Positions 37,095-51,110 of a DNA stretch of 64,000 nucleotides are shown here, in pieces. Under the pieces are notes generated by a model. That model had not been told where the DNA came from, ran no database searches, and saw only the letters and a list, made by a program, of their open reading frames with translations. The DNA is from Amphiscolops sp. MND2022. Its lineage: Eukaryota. Made by a program: the position numbers and the translations under genes. Position 1 is the first letter of the stretch, and each line of letters begins with the position of its first letter. The stretch lies in contig OZ076409.1 of assembly GCA_964187785.1 (NCBI GenBank), positions 69,008,001 to 69,072,000 on the forward strand. Direction: 5' to 3'.

Positions 37095-37131
37095 AAGAGA
37101 TTGTTGCAAGAGGTAAGAATTTAAATTAAGT
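36545..37131 (-). repeat. 5' LTR of element C (partial)
   Basis: Matches 22596-23182 up to the gap. Confidence 0.95.
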
Positions 37132-37331
37132 NNNNNNNNNNNNNNNNNNNNNNNNNNNNNNNNNNNNNNNNNNNNNNNNNNNNNNNNNNNNNNNNNNNNN
37201 NNNNNNNNNNNNNNNNNNNNNNNNNNNNNNNNNNNNNNNNNNNNNNNNNNNNNNNNNNNNNNNNNNNNNNNNNNNNNNNNNNNNNNNNNNNNNNNNNNNN
37301 NNNNNNNNNNNNNNNNNNNNNNNNNNNNNNN
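37132..37331. other. Assembly gap (200 N)
   Basis: Run of N. Sequence after the gap does not resume the C LTR. Confidence 0.99.
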
Positions 37332-38037
37332 CATATTGGAAAGGAAAATTACTAACTCATCAGCGTTTTTTCCAAGATTTGTCATGTCCAAACTTGCACC
37401 CCACTAATGAGGTTTCTTCCACAGAACTAAATAACCACAAAATTAGTTTCGTGGGACACGTACTTTTAGAGAGAACTAGACGTTTTCGAGATCACTAACA
37501 TGATCCCAGAATCACCGCAATTATTCAAAATTCCATTTTTTCCTATTTTTACCCCTTTCGAAGAAAGTTTGGTACAGTTTTTGATTGTTTTCGTGACTTA
37601 GCGTTTACAGAGAGTTCAAAGACGTGAAGCTGAACGACCCAATATGAAAAAGTTTTGAGTATGAAAAGGGCCTCAAGATGACCCCCAAAAAGAAAAACAA
37701 AACACAAAAAACTCCAAATTTTGACACTTTATCCCCAATTTTTGCACAGCGTTCGAAATTTTTTTATGGGTCACAATAAACGAAGACTTCAATGTCAAAA
37801 AATTAGTTATCCACTACGCTGTTTCTGGCGAGAAACAAGCAGTTTTTTGAAATTTTTGTGGAAAGGTGTAAACAAATCTTTCGTTTTTAGCATATTTTCA
37901 GTCGGCGCTTTCGTAGAAAGAGACGACTATAGTAGTGGTGTTTTTAAGACCGACGAAGGGACCGATTGTTTAAGCTTTATAGGCTGTTGGCATGTCCTAT
38001 TTGACAATATACGTATTACATTTGAGCAGTAAAAAGT

Positions 38038-38260
38038 GCTAAGGAGTCCCCGACAATAACACAACCCATACCGGACTTAACTCAAACCGGATATAACGAA
38101 TTCCGGATATACCGTATACCGAATATAACGTTTCTGGAGAATTTTTCAAAGCTGTAAAAAAAGCTAAGGAATCCCCTTCAACAATAACACAACCCATACC
38201 GGATTTAACGCAAACCGGATGCAACGTAGTAATTTTTCAAGGCCGTAAAAAGAGCTAAGT
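38038..38260. repeat. Short tandem duplication (~125-bp unit, about two copies)
   Basis: GCTAAGGA.TCCCC..ACAATAACACAACCCATACCGGA.TTAAC.CAAACCGGAT occurs at ~38038 and ~38163. Confidence 0.7.
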
Positions 38261-38987
38261 AAAAATTTTCTCATTCAAGATCCAACACGTACTTTATTTG
38301 GGATTAAACGTTTTCAAAGTTCGGATATGACGTTTTCATTTTTCGTAAACCGTTTTTGATTTTTTCATCAAAATTTCACATAATTTACGTTCAATGTAAA
38401 GCTTTAGGGTCAAGTTTTGAGTACTATAGGACTTTTTTAATTTTCGCAAAATTCAACAATTGATACTAGAACCACGCCCCGAGTAAACTTTGTGGCTTGA
38501 ACGGGGCGCCGACTTGGGCCGTTCCCGACTTGTTCCTTGAGAAAAGGTATTACATATTTTTCGAAAGTACGACCCAACGTGAAGTATATTTTGTTTGTAC
38601 AATAGTTGGAGCTTTCCGTGGGTATGAAGATTCACAATGAAGATCAGCAATGTTGTTCCTCTAGCAGATCCGTAATTTATTATGAGAACAAACTAGACCT
38701 GGACCTAGACCTAAACTAAAACCTTACTGAAAAGAGCAACAACTTGCAATCACTTGCTCCAAAATGTCACAAAAATACAAAGGCCACTTTGCGGATGTAT
38801 AAAAATTTCAAAGACGTCAAACAGCGTCTAAACGCCTTAGAGGGGGCATCAATATAGTCCCAGATACGTTTTCAACGTCCAACCGACGATATTAAATCAC
38901 TGAAGAAGTTGAAAAAATTTATTCAAACAGTGAACCATTCAGTTTGCCTCGGAAATATGCTGGCACTTTCGGTATTTCAAAAAACGC

Positions 38988-41900
38988 CAACAAAAATAAG
39001 GTCGTCAAAGAATGTTTCGGGGTCCAAGTTATTCCGCTGCTCAGCGGGCGACTCGGTTCTGATGACTAGTTTTATTTTACAAAAAAGGTCATTTCAACTT
39101 TTTCAACGTAACCTAAAGCTAATTGTATAATAATTAGGCTATTTACTAAATTACAGTAAAAACATAGCTCAGATCAATTAAGTCAGGCAGTTTGCTGCTG
39201 GGAAAATTATTCAGGCGCAGCAAATTATAACGGGTGCTCAATAGCCATACGTCAACGCTACTACACTACTACGGATGTGAATAAAGACTTGCTTCATTTT
39301 ACGTCGACGCTACATCAACAGTTTTTTACACTTCGACAATGAATACAATTTAGTGTTGTGGTGGGATGTATGATGGGAAAAAAACTAATGATAGTATTTT
39401 TATTTTCCGCCCTCATATAATGGGGGAGGAAAATCATGATCTTTGAAATGTTTTTTTTTACAATTTTGCCAAATCTCCATCATCTCCATCCACTACTTGA
39501 CTATTTTTCACCTAAAATAGTCAAGTAGTTACTACTGGTAAATTGTGCCAAATCGCCACGATCTCCATCCTTTTTTTGACTATTTTAGTTACTTGACTAT
39601 TTCAGTTACTATCAATCAGTAGGTTTTGGGTTCGAATCTCGCCTCCGCATGGTGTTTTTTGAATAGGCGGAAACATCCCGGTGTTTGGCGGGCCTTTTTC
39701 AATAAAAGGTTTAGAAGGTCACACTTTGGTTCTAAAAATGTTGAATCGTAAAATTTTGCCGTATACAAGATCTAAACAGTTGTTTCCACTGTACTAAATT
39801 ACGAATCACAAAATTTACACCCAATGTGCACCAAGGTGCTATTTGTGCACTAAAGTTGAACGGATGAATAATGAATAATCGTTTCAAAACACACTTTCCT
39901 TAATTTTGGGGGTTTTGTTTTAGGACAATACCACTTTCCTTGTAAAAGCGAGTAATTCATGTCGACACGCTCCTGGGTGTGAGAATTAGTTAGAGGCTCG
40001 CGGAGCGTTTCCTTTCTGGTCGAGAGATTACTTGTTGTGTTAAGGTCGCTAGTAGAGTTCTAATCTCATTCATTTCGGTTTGTAATTTATTGATTTTGTG
40101 AATCCTTTCTGCTTGCGAAGTTGAATTTCTTTCATCACGATGACTTTCAACAAAATAAGGTCGTCAAAGAATGTTTCGGAGTCCAAGTTAATCCGCTGCT
40201 CAGCGGGCCACTCGGTTCTGATGATTAGATTTTTACAAGAGAATGTCATTTCACCTTTTTCAACGTAACCGAAAGCTAATTGTTAATATAATTAGGCTAT
40301 TTACTAAACTACAGTAAAAATATAGCTCATATCAATCAAGTCAGGCAGTTTGCTGCTGGGAAAATTATTCAGGCGCAGCGAATTATAAAGGGTGCTCAAT
40401 GGCCATACGTCAACACTACTACACTACTTCTGATGTAAATAAGGACCTGCTTCATTTTACGTGGACGCTACATCAACAGTTTTTTACACTTCGACAATGA
40501 GTACAATTTAATGTTGTTGTGGGATGTATGACGGGAAAAGAAACCAATGATAGTATTTTTGTTTTCCGCCCACAAGTAATGTTGGAGGAAAATCATGATC
40601 TGTGATGCTTTTTTTTCACAAGTTTGCCAAATCTCCATCATCTCCATCCACTACTTGACTATTTTTTACCTAAAAAAGTCGAGTAGTTACTACTGGTAAT
40701 TTGTGCGCCAAGATCTCCATCCACTACTTGACTTTTTTAGTTACTTGACTGTTTCAGTTACTATCAATCACTAGATTTTGGGCTCGAATCCCGCCTCCAT
40801 TTGATGTTTTTTGATTAGGCGGAAAACATCCCGGTGTTTAGCGGGCGTCTTGTATCTTTTCTTCTTTTTTCAAAACAAGGTTTAGAAGGTCACACTTTGG
40901 TTCTAAAAATGTTGAATCGTAGAATTTTGCCGTATACAAGATCTAAACAGTTGTTTCCCTTGTACTAAATTACGAATTACAAAATTTACACCCAATGTGT
41001 ACCGGTGTTTTTTGTGCACTAAAGTTGAACGGATGGGTAATGAATAATCGTTTCAAAACACAGTTTCCTTAATTTTGATTGTTTGATTTTGTTTTATGAT
41101 AATTCCACTTTTCTAGTAAAAGCGAGTATTTCCTGTCGACACGCTCCTGGATGCGAGAATTAGTTAGAGGCTCGCGGAGCGTTTCCTTCATGTGGTCGAG
41201 AGATTACTTGTTGTGTTAAGGTCGCTAGTAGGGTTCTAATATTCATTTCGGTTTGTAATTTATTGATTTTATGATTCAATTCTGCTTGCGAAGATGAATT
41301 TCTTTCATCGCGATGACTTTCAACAAAAATATGGTCGTCAAAGAATGTTTCGCGGTCCAAGTTATTCCGCTGTTCAGCGGGCGACTCGGTTCTGATGATT
41401 AGTTTTTTTACAAGAAAATGTCATTTTAACTTTTTCAACGTAACCGAAAGCTTTGTTATTAAAATTAGGCTATTTACTAAACTACAGTAAAAATATAACT
41501 CAGATCAATCAAGTCAGGCAGTTTGCTACTGGGAAAATTAATCAGGCGCAGCGAATTATAACGGGGGCTCAACGGCCATACGTAAACACTACTACAATAC
41601 TACTGATGTAAATAAGGACCTGCTTCATTTTACGTCGACGCTACATCAACAGTTTTTTACAATTCGACAATGAATACAATTTGGTGTTGTTGTGGGATGT
41701 ATGATGGGAAAAGAAACCAATGATAGCATTTTTGTTTTCCGCCCACAAATAATGTTGGAGGAAAATCATGATCTGTGATGCTTTTTTTTTCACAAGTTTG
41801 CCAAATCTCCATCATCTCCATCCACTACTTGACTATTTTTTACCTAGAAAAGTCGAGTAGTTACTACTGGTAAATTGTGCGCCAAGATCTCTATCCACTA

Positions 41901-44842
41901 CTTGACTTTTTTTAGTTACTTGACTGCTTCAGTTACTATCAATCACTAGGTTTTGGGCTCGAATCTCGCCTCCATTTGATGTTTTTTGATTAGGCGGAAA
42001 ACATCCCCGTGTTTAGCGGGCGTCTTGTATCTTTTCTTCTTTTTTTCTTTTCTTTCAAAACAAGGTTTAGAAGGTCACACTTTGGTTCTTAAAATGTTGA
42101 ATCGTAGAATTTTGCCGTATACAAGATCTAAACAGTTGTTTCCCTTGTACTAAGTTACGAATCACAAAATTTACACCCAATGTGTACCGGTGTTTTTTGT
42201 GCACTAAAGTTGAACGGATGAATAATGAATAATCGGTTCAAAACACACTTTCCTTAATTTTGATTGTTTGATTTTGTATTAGGATAATTCCCTTTTTCTA
42301 GTAAAAGCGAGTAATTCCTGTCGACACGATCCTGGGTGCGAGAATTAGTTAGAGGCTCGCGGAGCGTTTCCTTCATCTGGTCGAGAGATTACTTGTTGTG
42401 TTAAGGTCGCTAGTAGGGTTCTAATATTCATTTCGGTTTGTAATTTATTGATTTTGTAATTCATTTCTGCTTGCGAAGATGAATTTCTTTCATCACGATG
42501 ACTTTCAACAAAAATAAGGTCGTCAAAAAATGTTTCGGGGTTTAAGTTATTCCGCTGCTCAGCGGGCGACTCGGTTCTGATGATTAGTTTTTTTACAAGA
42601 AAATGTGATTTTAACTTTTTCAACGTAACCGAAAGCTATTGTTATTTTATTTAGGCTGTTTACTAAACTAGAGTAAAAATAACTCAGTTCAATCAAGTCA
42701 TGCAGTTTGCTGCTGGGAAAATTATTGAGGCGCAGGAAATTATAACGGGGGCTCAATGGCCTTACGTCAACACTACTACACTACTACTGATGTAAATAAG
42801 GACTTGCTTCATTTTACGTCGACTTTACATCAACAGTTACCCTTCGACAAGGAATACAATTTAGTGTTGTGGTGGGATGTATGATGGGAAAAGAAACCAA
42901 TAATAGTATTTTTGTTTTCCACCCACATATAATGGGGGAGGAAAATCATGATCTGTGATGCTTTCTTTACAATTTCGCCAAATCTCCATCATCTCCATCC
43001 ACTACTTGACTGTTTTTCACCTAAAATAGTCAAGTACTTACTACTGGTAAGATGTACCAAATCGACACGATCTCCATCCACTACTAGACTATTTTAGTTA
43101 CTTGACTATTTCAGTTACTATCAATCAGTAGGTTTTGGGTTCGAATCTCGCCTCCGCCTGATGGTTTTGATTACGCGGAAAACATCCCGGTGATTAGCGG
43201 GCATCTTGTATGTCTTCTTTCTGTTTCAAAACAAGGTTTAGATAGTCACACTTTGGTTCTAAAAACGTTGAATTGTAGTATTTTGCCGTATACAAGATCT
43301 AAACAGTTGTTTCTACTGTACTAATTTACGAATCACAAAATATAAACCCAATGTGTACCGGCGCTATTTGCGCACTTAATTTGAACGGATGAATAACGAA
43401 TAATCGTTTCAAAACACACTTTCCTTTATTTTGGGGGTTCGGTTTTATTTTAGAATAATACCACTTCTCTAGTAAAAGCCAGTGATTCCTGTCGACACGC
43501 TCCTGGGTGCGAGAATTAGTTAGAGGCTCGCGGAGCGTTTCCTTTCTGGTCGAGAGATTACTTGTTGTGTTAAGGTCGCTAGTAGAGTTCTAATCTCATT
43601 CATTTCGGTTTGTAATTTATTGATTTTGTGAATCCTTTCTTCTTGCGAAGATGAATTTTTTTCATCGCGATGACTTTCATCAAAAATAAGGTCGTCAAAG
43701 AATGTTTCGGGGTCCAAGTTCTTCCGCTGCTCAGCGGGCGACTCGGTTCTGATGATTAGTTTTTTTACAAGGAAACGTCATTTTATCTTTTTAAACGTAA
43801 CCGAAAGCTAATTGTTAATATAATTAGGCTATTTACTAAACTACAGTAAAAATATAGCTCATATCAATCAAGTCAGGCAGTTTGCTGCTGGGAAAATTAT
43901 TCAGGCGCAGCGAATTATAAAGGGTGCTCAATGGCCATACGTCAACACTACTACACTACTTCTGATGTAAATAAGGACCTGCTTCATTTTACGTCGACGC
44001 TACATAAACTGTTTTTTACACTTTAGTGTTGTGGTGGGATGTATGATGGGAAAAGAAACCAATGATGATATTTTTGTTTTCCACCCACATACAATGGGGG
44101 AGGAAAATCATGATCTGAGATGCGTTTTTTTACAAATTTGCCAAATCTCCATCATCTCCATCCACTACTTGACTATTTTTTACCTAAAATAGTCAAGTAT
44201 TTACTACTGGTAAATTGTGCCAACTCGCCACGATCTCCATCCACTACTTGACTCTTTTAGTTACTTGACTATTTCAGTTACTATCAATCAGTATGTTTTG
44301 GGTTCGAATCTCACCTCCGCCTGATGTTTTTTGATTCGGCGGAAAACATCCCGGTGTTTAGCGGGCGTCTTGTATCTTTTCTTCCTTTTTCAAAACAAGG
44401 TTTAGAAGGTCACACTTTGCTTCTAAAAATGTTGAATCGTAAAATTTTGCCGTATACAAGATCTAAACAGTTGTTTCCACTGTACTAAATTACGAATCAC
44501 AAAATTTACACCCAATGTGCACCAAGGTGCTAATTGTGCACCGAAGTTGAACGGATGAATAATGAATAATCGTTTCAAAACACACTTTCCTTAATTTTGG
44601 GGGTTTTGTTTTAGGACAATACCACTTTCCTAGTAAAAGCGAGTATTTCATGTCAACACGCTCCTGGTTGCGAGAATTAGTTAGAGGCTCGCGGAGCCTT
44701 TCCTTCCTCTGGTTGAGTATTACTTGTTGTGTTAAGGTCGCTACAAGGGTTCTAATCTCATTCATTTCGGTTGGTAATTTATTGATTTTGTGATTCATTT
44801 CTGCTTGCGAAGAAGAATTTCTTTCTTCACGATGACTTTCAA
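38988..44842. repeat. Tandem array of five diverged ~1.16-1.19-kb units
   Basis: Units start near 38988, 40148, 41321, 42506 and 43678 (CAACAAAAATAAGGTCGTCAAAGAATG). Each ends with ~190 bp of an LTR/gag-like fragment. Confidence 0.95.
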
Positions 44843-45854
44843 ATGTATTTGGGTCAGAATCTGCATTTGCAGTGTTGTTCTGTTCAGAACTCATATTTAA
44901 ATGGTTTCCAGATGCATTTCCAGTCGAGTAAGTGTTATCAATGATTTTTCCTTTGCGAAGTTTTCGAGGAGAAGTTGCAGTCTTTCGATTTAGGAAGGAA
45001 GTGTTTCGTATGTCATAAGAATTGAATTAAGTATTGAGAGAAAAAAGTCAAATTTGGTTAGGTAGGATTCTGTTTATTACGAAAGCAAATCAAGTTAAAA
45101 AGCACATTCAGAGCAGCTCGTGTTGCGTTTGATTCTCAATCTTGTCACCTTCAGGTGGAAAATTCCAATTACCGTACTTTCCACCTCCTTGTTGGCTGGT
45201 CTATTGAGGTGACAATTATCACCCTGTTGTCATTCATCAACTTCAACGGTAAAGTATTCTACTACACCGGATTTTGATAATTCATGGAATTATAATTCTC
45301 ATACTTCAGTGGGAATGAAAAGGTCAAAACACAAGTTGTTCGATTAATATCCGATGGATTTATGATGTTTATTAGCACTGTGATGGAGTTAAGATGAACA
45401 GCGTAATGAAACTTAGTGAAGGACAAATTTTGGACGAATAAATGATGCGCGATGAATTTGGAATGAAAATGGATAGGGCAATCTAGTCTTAGAGGCATTC
45501 CCTTAGTGCCCTGAATTTTATCCATTTTCCATCAAGGCTTGTGAATTAACAGGGAATTCATCCATTTCTTTTTAGAGATCATGAATGCGTTGAAACACTG
45601 ATGACTGCATGTATTTGAACACTAGCACTTTATTGGGTTAAACGACGCTCGATCACTCGCTCAGGTTTATATAATTGTAAATATGAATGTAAAATCAACA
45701 CCCAAGGGGAAGGATCAATATATAAATAACGTAAGGTTGCCAACAATCATGTATCTTAATATATGGCTTCATATTGCCCATAAGTAAGTATATATGACAA
45801 TATGTACCTTGCAAATATTACATGGATCCATCTCTCCATCATGCTGGCATGACA
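44651..45854 (-). mobile_element. Probable solo or 3' LTR of a related gag-in-LTR family (right boundary uncertain)
   Basis: Gag-N-terminus-like ORF (SPRKLRKGK...MSSEQ...coiled coil) runs to ...GTTGACA at 44651 with no PBS after it. Candidate TGTCA start at 45854; no exact TSD. Confidence 0.45.
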
Positions 45855-47345
45855 TTCGTCTTGTACCATTTATCTAAAAAAACTCCTCTTGCTTTGGAAG
45901 GACACCGAACAGAAAAAGGTGCCAAGTTTACGCGCGAGATTTATCCCGCATGTCTAGCACAAAGTATCAAAACCTGATATACCGGATCAGAGAGAGCCAT
46001 TATTTTTTCCAAATTCATTTCTTTTGATTTTTTATTTTCAACTTTGCTGGAACCTTGAATTTTCATTTCTTAGAACCCTAGCTTTGTTTAATAGCTGTAT
46101 TTAGTATCTGACTAAATTCGACTGTTTCTATTGTTCATGGTAAACCAAATTTAGCAGACTGAACAGATGTATTTCCAGACATAAAACATAGAAAACCTAT
46201 TGATTTCTTATCCTGCCACTGAACTTTTTACCTAAGATCATGTCACAAAAGACACTGAGAAGGATGTTGAGAAAAGACCCTCCGAGTGACCAGAAAGTAA
46301 TTGAAACTACAAGTTCAATAGCGGAGGAAAACAAATATCTTTCAGAACAGCATTTTGAGGACATTTCTTTTAAAAACTAAAAGAGAATGTCCACGCGACT
46401 ACCTGACACAGAGCATAGTCAAAGGAAAAAACTAAGGTTGGAAGAACACCTTTTGTCCAAAGTCGACAATTTGTCTAAAATTTCCTCAGAACAAGGCTGT
46501 TCTAATTCCAGAAATGGTACCCAAGGGGTTTGCCACACGTTTTTACTACTGACTCTGATGTATTGAACGTGACTAGAAACGCTAGTTCCAACATATGCGG
46601 TTGTAAATTTTGTCATGTGTGTTGAGTAACCGTTGCAATTCCAAACACTTTATAACGAGGGTTTCAAAAAACTACACAGATTTGAAGTATTCGGAGTTTT
46701 TTCCGGTATTTCACAGAAGTAACTATTTTTGCAGGTTTCGACGCGTACGGCACTATGCAAAAAGGATAGAAAGAAAGTGCATGTACGCAAAACAAACTCG
46801 CTACTATCTTGCAATTCAACTTTGTCTCAAGGTCCCTCACACGTTGAATTTCAAACTAGTTGTAAATTCCGTTGTAAAATAATTTATCCAGAAATGCATT
46901 TTTCAACAAGATGTCTACGAGAAGTCTCAGTATAGGAGCCCAGCAGAAAGACGATAGAAACGTAAGTTCAGTTTAATATTATCCCGTGGATGTTTAAGTT
47001 TCTGAACTAAGTTTTCAAGACGTGACATTTGTGGCCCCATCTACTTCAAAGTCCCCAAGAAATGAGAGAAGGCAGTTGGAGAGAATCAGAACGTCTCCAA
47101 AGGAAGAAATCAGGTCATGGACGCAAAAATAAAATCGGAAAATTATTCAGTCTCAAAAGAACTACTCAAGTTGTTTGGATCCGGAAAAGAACACAAACTC
47201 GTTATCACTGTTAACGAGTCCAAAACATGGGATTGGTAGCGACCCGTTACAAACTTTTCATTGAAATTTTCAGAAATATTACCTAAACGTTTGTGAGGTC
47301 CTGCATTAGTTTTTGTTCGAAAAACATAAAGAGCTGGTTTTGTAA

Positions 47346-47557
47346 CGGCGAGCTCTCACCATTGCCGCTGCTCAGTTATAGAGAAGGAGGAGCCCATGGC
47401 ATGGGTGTTTTCCCGGGACAGGCGCCCATGACCATGAGCCCATTGAGCCTCCTTCGGGTAACAACTGTCCCGTCAGAGGAGGATTCCACCTCGTGTGGAG
47501 TGCTGGCTGGCCTGATTTAACTCGTAATTGCTATCAGTAGCGTGAATAACGCTTTTT
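47346..47557 (+). ncRNA. Candidate structured RNA, family unassigned
   Basis: GC-rich island with several complementary segments, possible pseudoknot, terminal hairpin and T5. Confidence 0.3.
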
Positions 47558-48999
47558 CTTCGAAACTACTGCTTAGATAGCCTTTAAAAAATGACGGTGG
47601 TGGCAAAGGTAATTTTTTTTGTCACAGGACATGATGAAAAGTAGCTCAAGAGCTAATTCAACAAGATCTTCGGTAATTTACAGCACAATTAACATAGCAA
47701 GGCAAGAATTCGCAGGGGACACAAGCACGTATGCTTGTTTAAGTCAACTGGCTCATTTTAAGTAATTGCAACTAATAGTAGTCTTCTTTTTTTCTGGATC
47801 AAAGTAATCGTTCTTGTATCCTTATTTTGCAGTTTTTACCTCTAATTGGCTTAGTTTAGTATCAGTACTGTCAAAAGTACAGATTTTATTCCGCACAATT
47901 AACGGGCGAAGTTTTTTCAGATACTTTTCGCTGTCTTCACAAAACCTTCATTTTTTGATTGAAGTGACCCCAATTTCATTCCTATTTCTATTCTACTGAA
48001 TAAAATCTGTTATTTAGCTTTTGTTTGCCCAAATTTTAGATGTTTTTCTGATAACTTCGACTCGGAAATTCAGTAGTTATTGGTTTTCAGGTGCCCTTGA
48101 GGTCCAAATGAGGTGACGTTTTTGTCATGGGTCTCGTGAAGTGTGATAGTATGTATCCCACGAGCTGAGTTCCTCTCTAAAAATACAGAAAAAGGATTCG
48201 GCAACCAATTTTAAAATTTATTTAAAAGAGGGTGCTGTGTCCGGCATCTTGATTTTATTCTAGATTACATAGTTCCTCATACTAACACTATTTTCATACA
48301 ATGAAACCTAATGACTATAGTATGATCATACTATGGAACATGGTCGGGATGGTTCGTTCTTGACATGGCCATGATCATAGTATGACCATACTATGATCTT
48401 AACGTGGTGAGTATATTTTACTTCGGAGTTAATCCAATGAAAATGGACGTACAAGGTTTTTGCACTTTTTCACGGGTGTTCAGGATGACGTCGATGAAGA
48501 CATTCGGCCGGATGAACTGAGTACACATAGACAAGTAGTCAAATTTTAATGCTCAATGTTTGTTTTTTATACCATATATTGTATTGTCCATTTTTTAATA
48601 ATACGGTTTTACACTGCCCTCCATATATTTGTTTACATTTTAGATATTTTATATAAAGGAATACAGTGTTTTCTTTTTTTTTACAAAAAACTTAGTCGCA
48701 TTAGTGTTCAATTTTTTTTTCGGTTGTGTAAGTCTATTAAAATGGGGCTTGCTTCAACAAAACCATTTTTTGTTGGCACTAATCACAACGCTTGTCAATT
48801 ACCATCAACTGAAATTTGAATTCCTATTTCAGAAAGACTGCTTAAAAACTTCAATCGCTTTCAAATCCTATCTCGTTGAGAATTGACCGGAAAGACTAAT
48901 TTGAATGAATCAGAAACAGTGAATCAGAAACAATCTAGACATTCAATTGACGAATGTTTGAAAACGGTTATTCAGAATAAAACAAAATAATTTTTACAA

Positions 49000-51110
49000 T
49001 TTTTGAACTCTTGTAATATATTGTCCGAATTTGGCCATTTCAACTACAGTCGCATGAACGTTGATAATTAAAGATAAAATTACAATTTTTGATTCACGAA
49101 GAATAGATCACGAAACAAAAACGAGAGCTATTAGGAAACAGGATAAACTAGTTCAAAATGCATTGAAGATCCTAATGAGACTAATCAGCCTATAGAAAAT
49201 AACGGAAAGAAGTGACACAAAAAAGACGAGCAGCAAAAGATGATGCTAATTTTACGAAACTAGGTCAACAACCAACTCCAAAGACAATTTACAATACACT
49301 GAAGCAACAAAAGCGAAAACAACGTAGCATTCGGCAGACACCAATATTGAACAATTATTTCACTTTAGACGGTCGGCTTTATCTTCCGAAATACTGAATC
49401 AAAAACTTAAATGTAGAATTGAGCGAATTGAAAAAAACAAGGGTACTATCACATGCGAACGAAGATGAAGAACAAAAAAAGTGCCGGTCACGATGGAATA
49501 AGCTACGAAATCCTAAAACGCTGCTCGCCAATAATTGAACCTTTTTCAGTTGAAATTTTCGAGAAATCAATAGATCAAGGCGTACTTCCGTCATCTTTGA
49601 AATTGGCAAAAATAATACCTCTATACAAAAAAGAGGTGACTATTCTAATCCTGAAAACTATGGACCAATTAGCTTACCAAGTTCTCTTTCTAAAGTTTAC
49701 GAGCATCTTTTGTTCAAAAGAAGAGTCTTTTGCAAAGAAAATGAAACACTGTCATCAAAACAATTTGGTTTCAGAGAAAAAATTACCTGTATTAAGGCAA
49801 TAATGTCACTGAGGATATGAGAGATGCAATTAATAAAAAGTCAACCGGCCAAGCTTGTTTCATTGGCCTGCAAAAAATCGTTTGATACGCTTGATCATAG
49901 CATATTGCTAGTTAAATTGGAAAATATGGCTTCAAAGGAAAAGTTTGGCAAATTCTTGAAATTTATCTCCATAGAAGAGGACAATATACTTTAATTAACG
50001 GGATAAAAAGCCGAGTTTATTGCCATAAGTACCGGAATTCCACGGGGTTCAGTTTTTGGTCCACTTCTCTTCCTAAATTATCATGGAATCGATAAATGCA
50101 TTGAAAACTGTCAATAAGCAATGTTTGCTGACGATACAACTGTAATTAAAGCAAGAAAACGAGTTGATATTTTAATTAGGAAAGATGTTGACTGTATGTT
50201 TAATTGGTTCTGTTCCAATAAATTGACTGTTAATTAAGACAAATGCGAGAGCATCTGTTTCGGCATGGAAAAACCAGAGTTGAAGTAAATGGGCAACAAG
50301 TTGAGTACAAAAATGCATGTAAGTATCTAGGAGTATACATTGACAAAAATTTGAAGTTTAGAGAACACATCGACTATGTTGTAAAACTCAATATATTTTG
50401 TGGATTAATCTATCGTGTTCGTCATCTCTATGCGAAAATTTGTTTACTCTTGTTCTACAATTCGTTTGCTAAATCAATAATTATGTACGGAATTCTTGTA
50501 TATGGCTCTTCTGCAAAAACAAACTTAGTAAAAAATGAAAAGGCGCAACAACGAATACTGAGGGTAATCTTTTTAATGCATAGAACGGATTCACTGAGTG
50601 AAATCTTAACAAATGAAGGTGTTCTCACTGTTTTTGAGCTGTTTCTTGTGAAATTGATAAAAAAAACTGTTAAAGCAAATTAGAATCACCGTTACAGCTT
50701 TTGGATCTTGGAAGTGTACCTGAAATTATACCCGCAACTAGGTTCAAATGAAAACACTTATTACCAGCTATTCACTGTAGAACTACTTCAAAGCGTAAAT
50801 CTCTGACAAACTCGTTACCTTTAGCACAAAACTGGGTAAAAGAACTGAAACTCATTCCTATGAATTTGAAAGATCTGCCGGCAATAACTGTCAAAAACTA
50901 TATCATGACATTGACAAAGTTATATAAATTTGATATCAAAAATCTGTTCAATTTTTTTTTCAAATGAAGTTAAGTAAGGCACATGTTTGGTTCTCAAGGG
51001 CGCAAACTTAGAAGAGTAGAAATACTCTTTTTGCGTCCTAATTGGATATATCTATTTGATGAATTTTTTCTTGGATCTTTCGTGTACTTTTAAATATCCA
51101 TTTGAATAAA
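49000..51110 (+). pseudogene. Decayed non-LTR retrotransposon (LINE, CR1/L2-like group) reverse transcriptase
   Basis: Frameshifted remnants KSAGHDGIS, AKIIPLYKK, QFGFR, FDTLDH, GSVFGPLLF, MFADDT, KYLGVYIDKNLKFREHI; AATAAA near 51104. Confidence 0.88.

Larger units (their letters stand above)
22596..37131 (-). mobile_element. Ty3/Gypsy LTR retrotransposon C with two accessory genes; 5' LTR truncated by an assembly gap
   Basis: 22596-23182 repeats at 36545-37131 (3 mismatches seen); PBS; gag; pol; same layout as B. Confidence 0.96.

Noticed and set aside
37095..37391. N-terminal extension of Gag C in the ORF track
   Set aside because: It runs through the N gap; the intact LTR copy shows the start at MPSTRRQK.
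39629..39638. tRNA genes in the tandem array (GGTTCGAATC)
   Set aside because: Only a B-box-like word; no A-box or cloverleaf.
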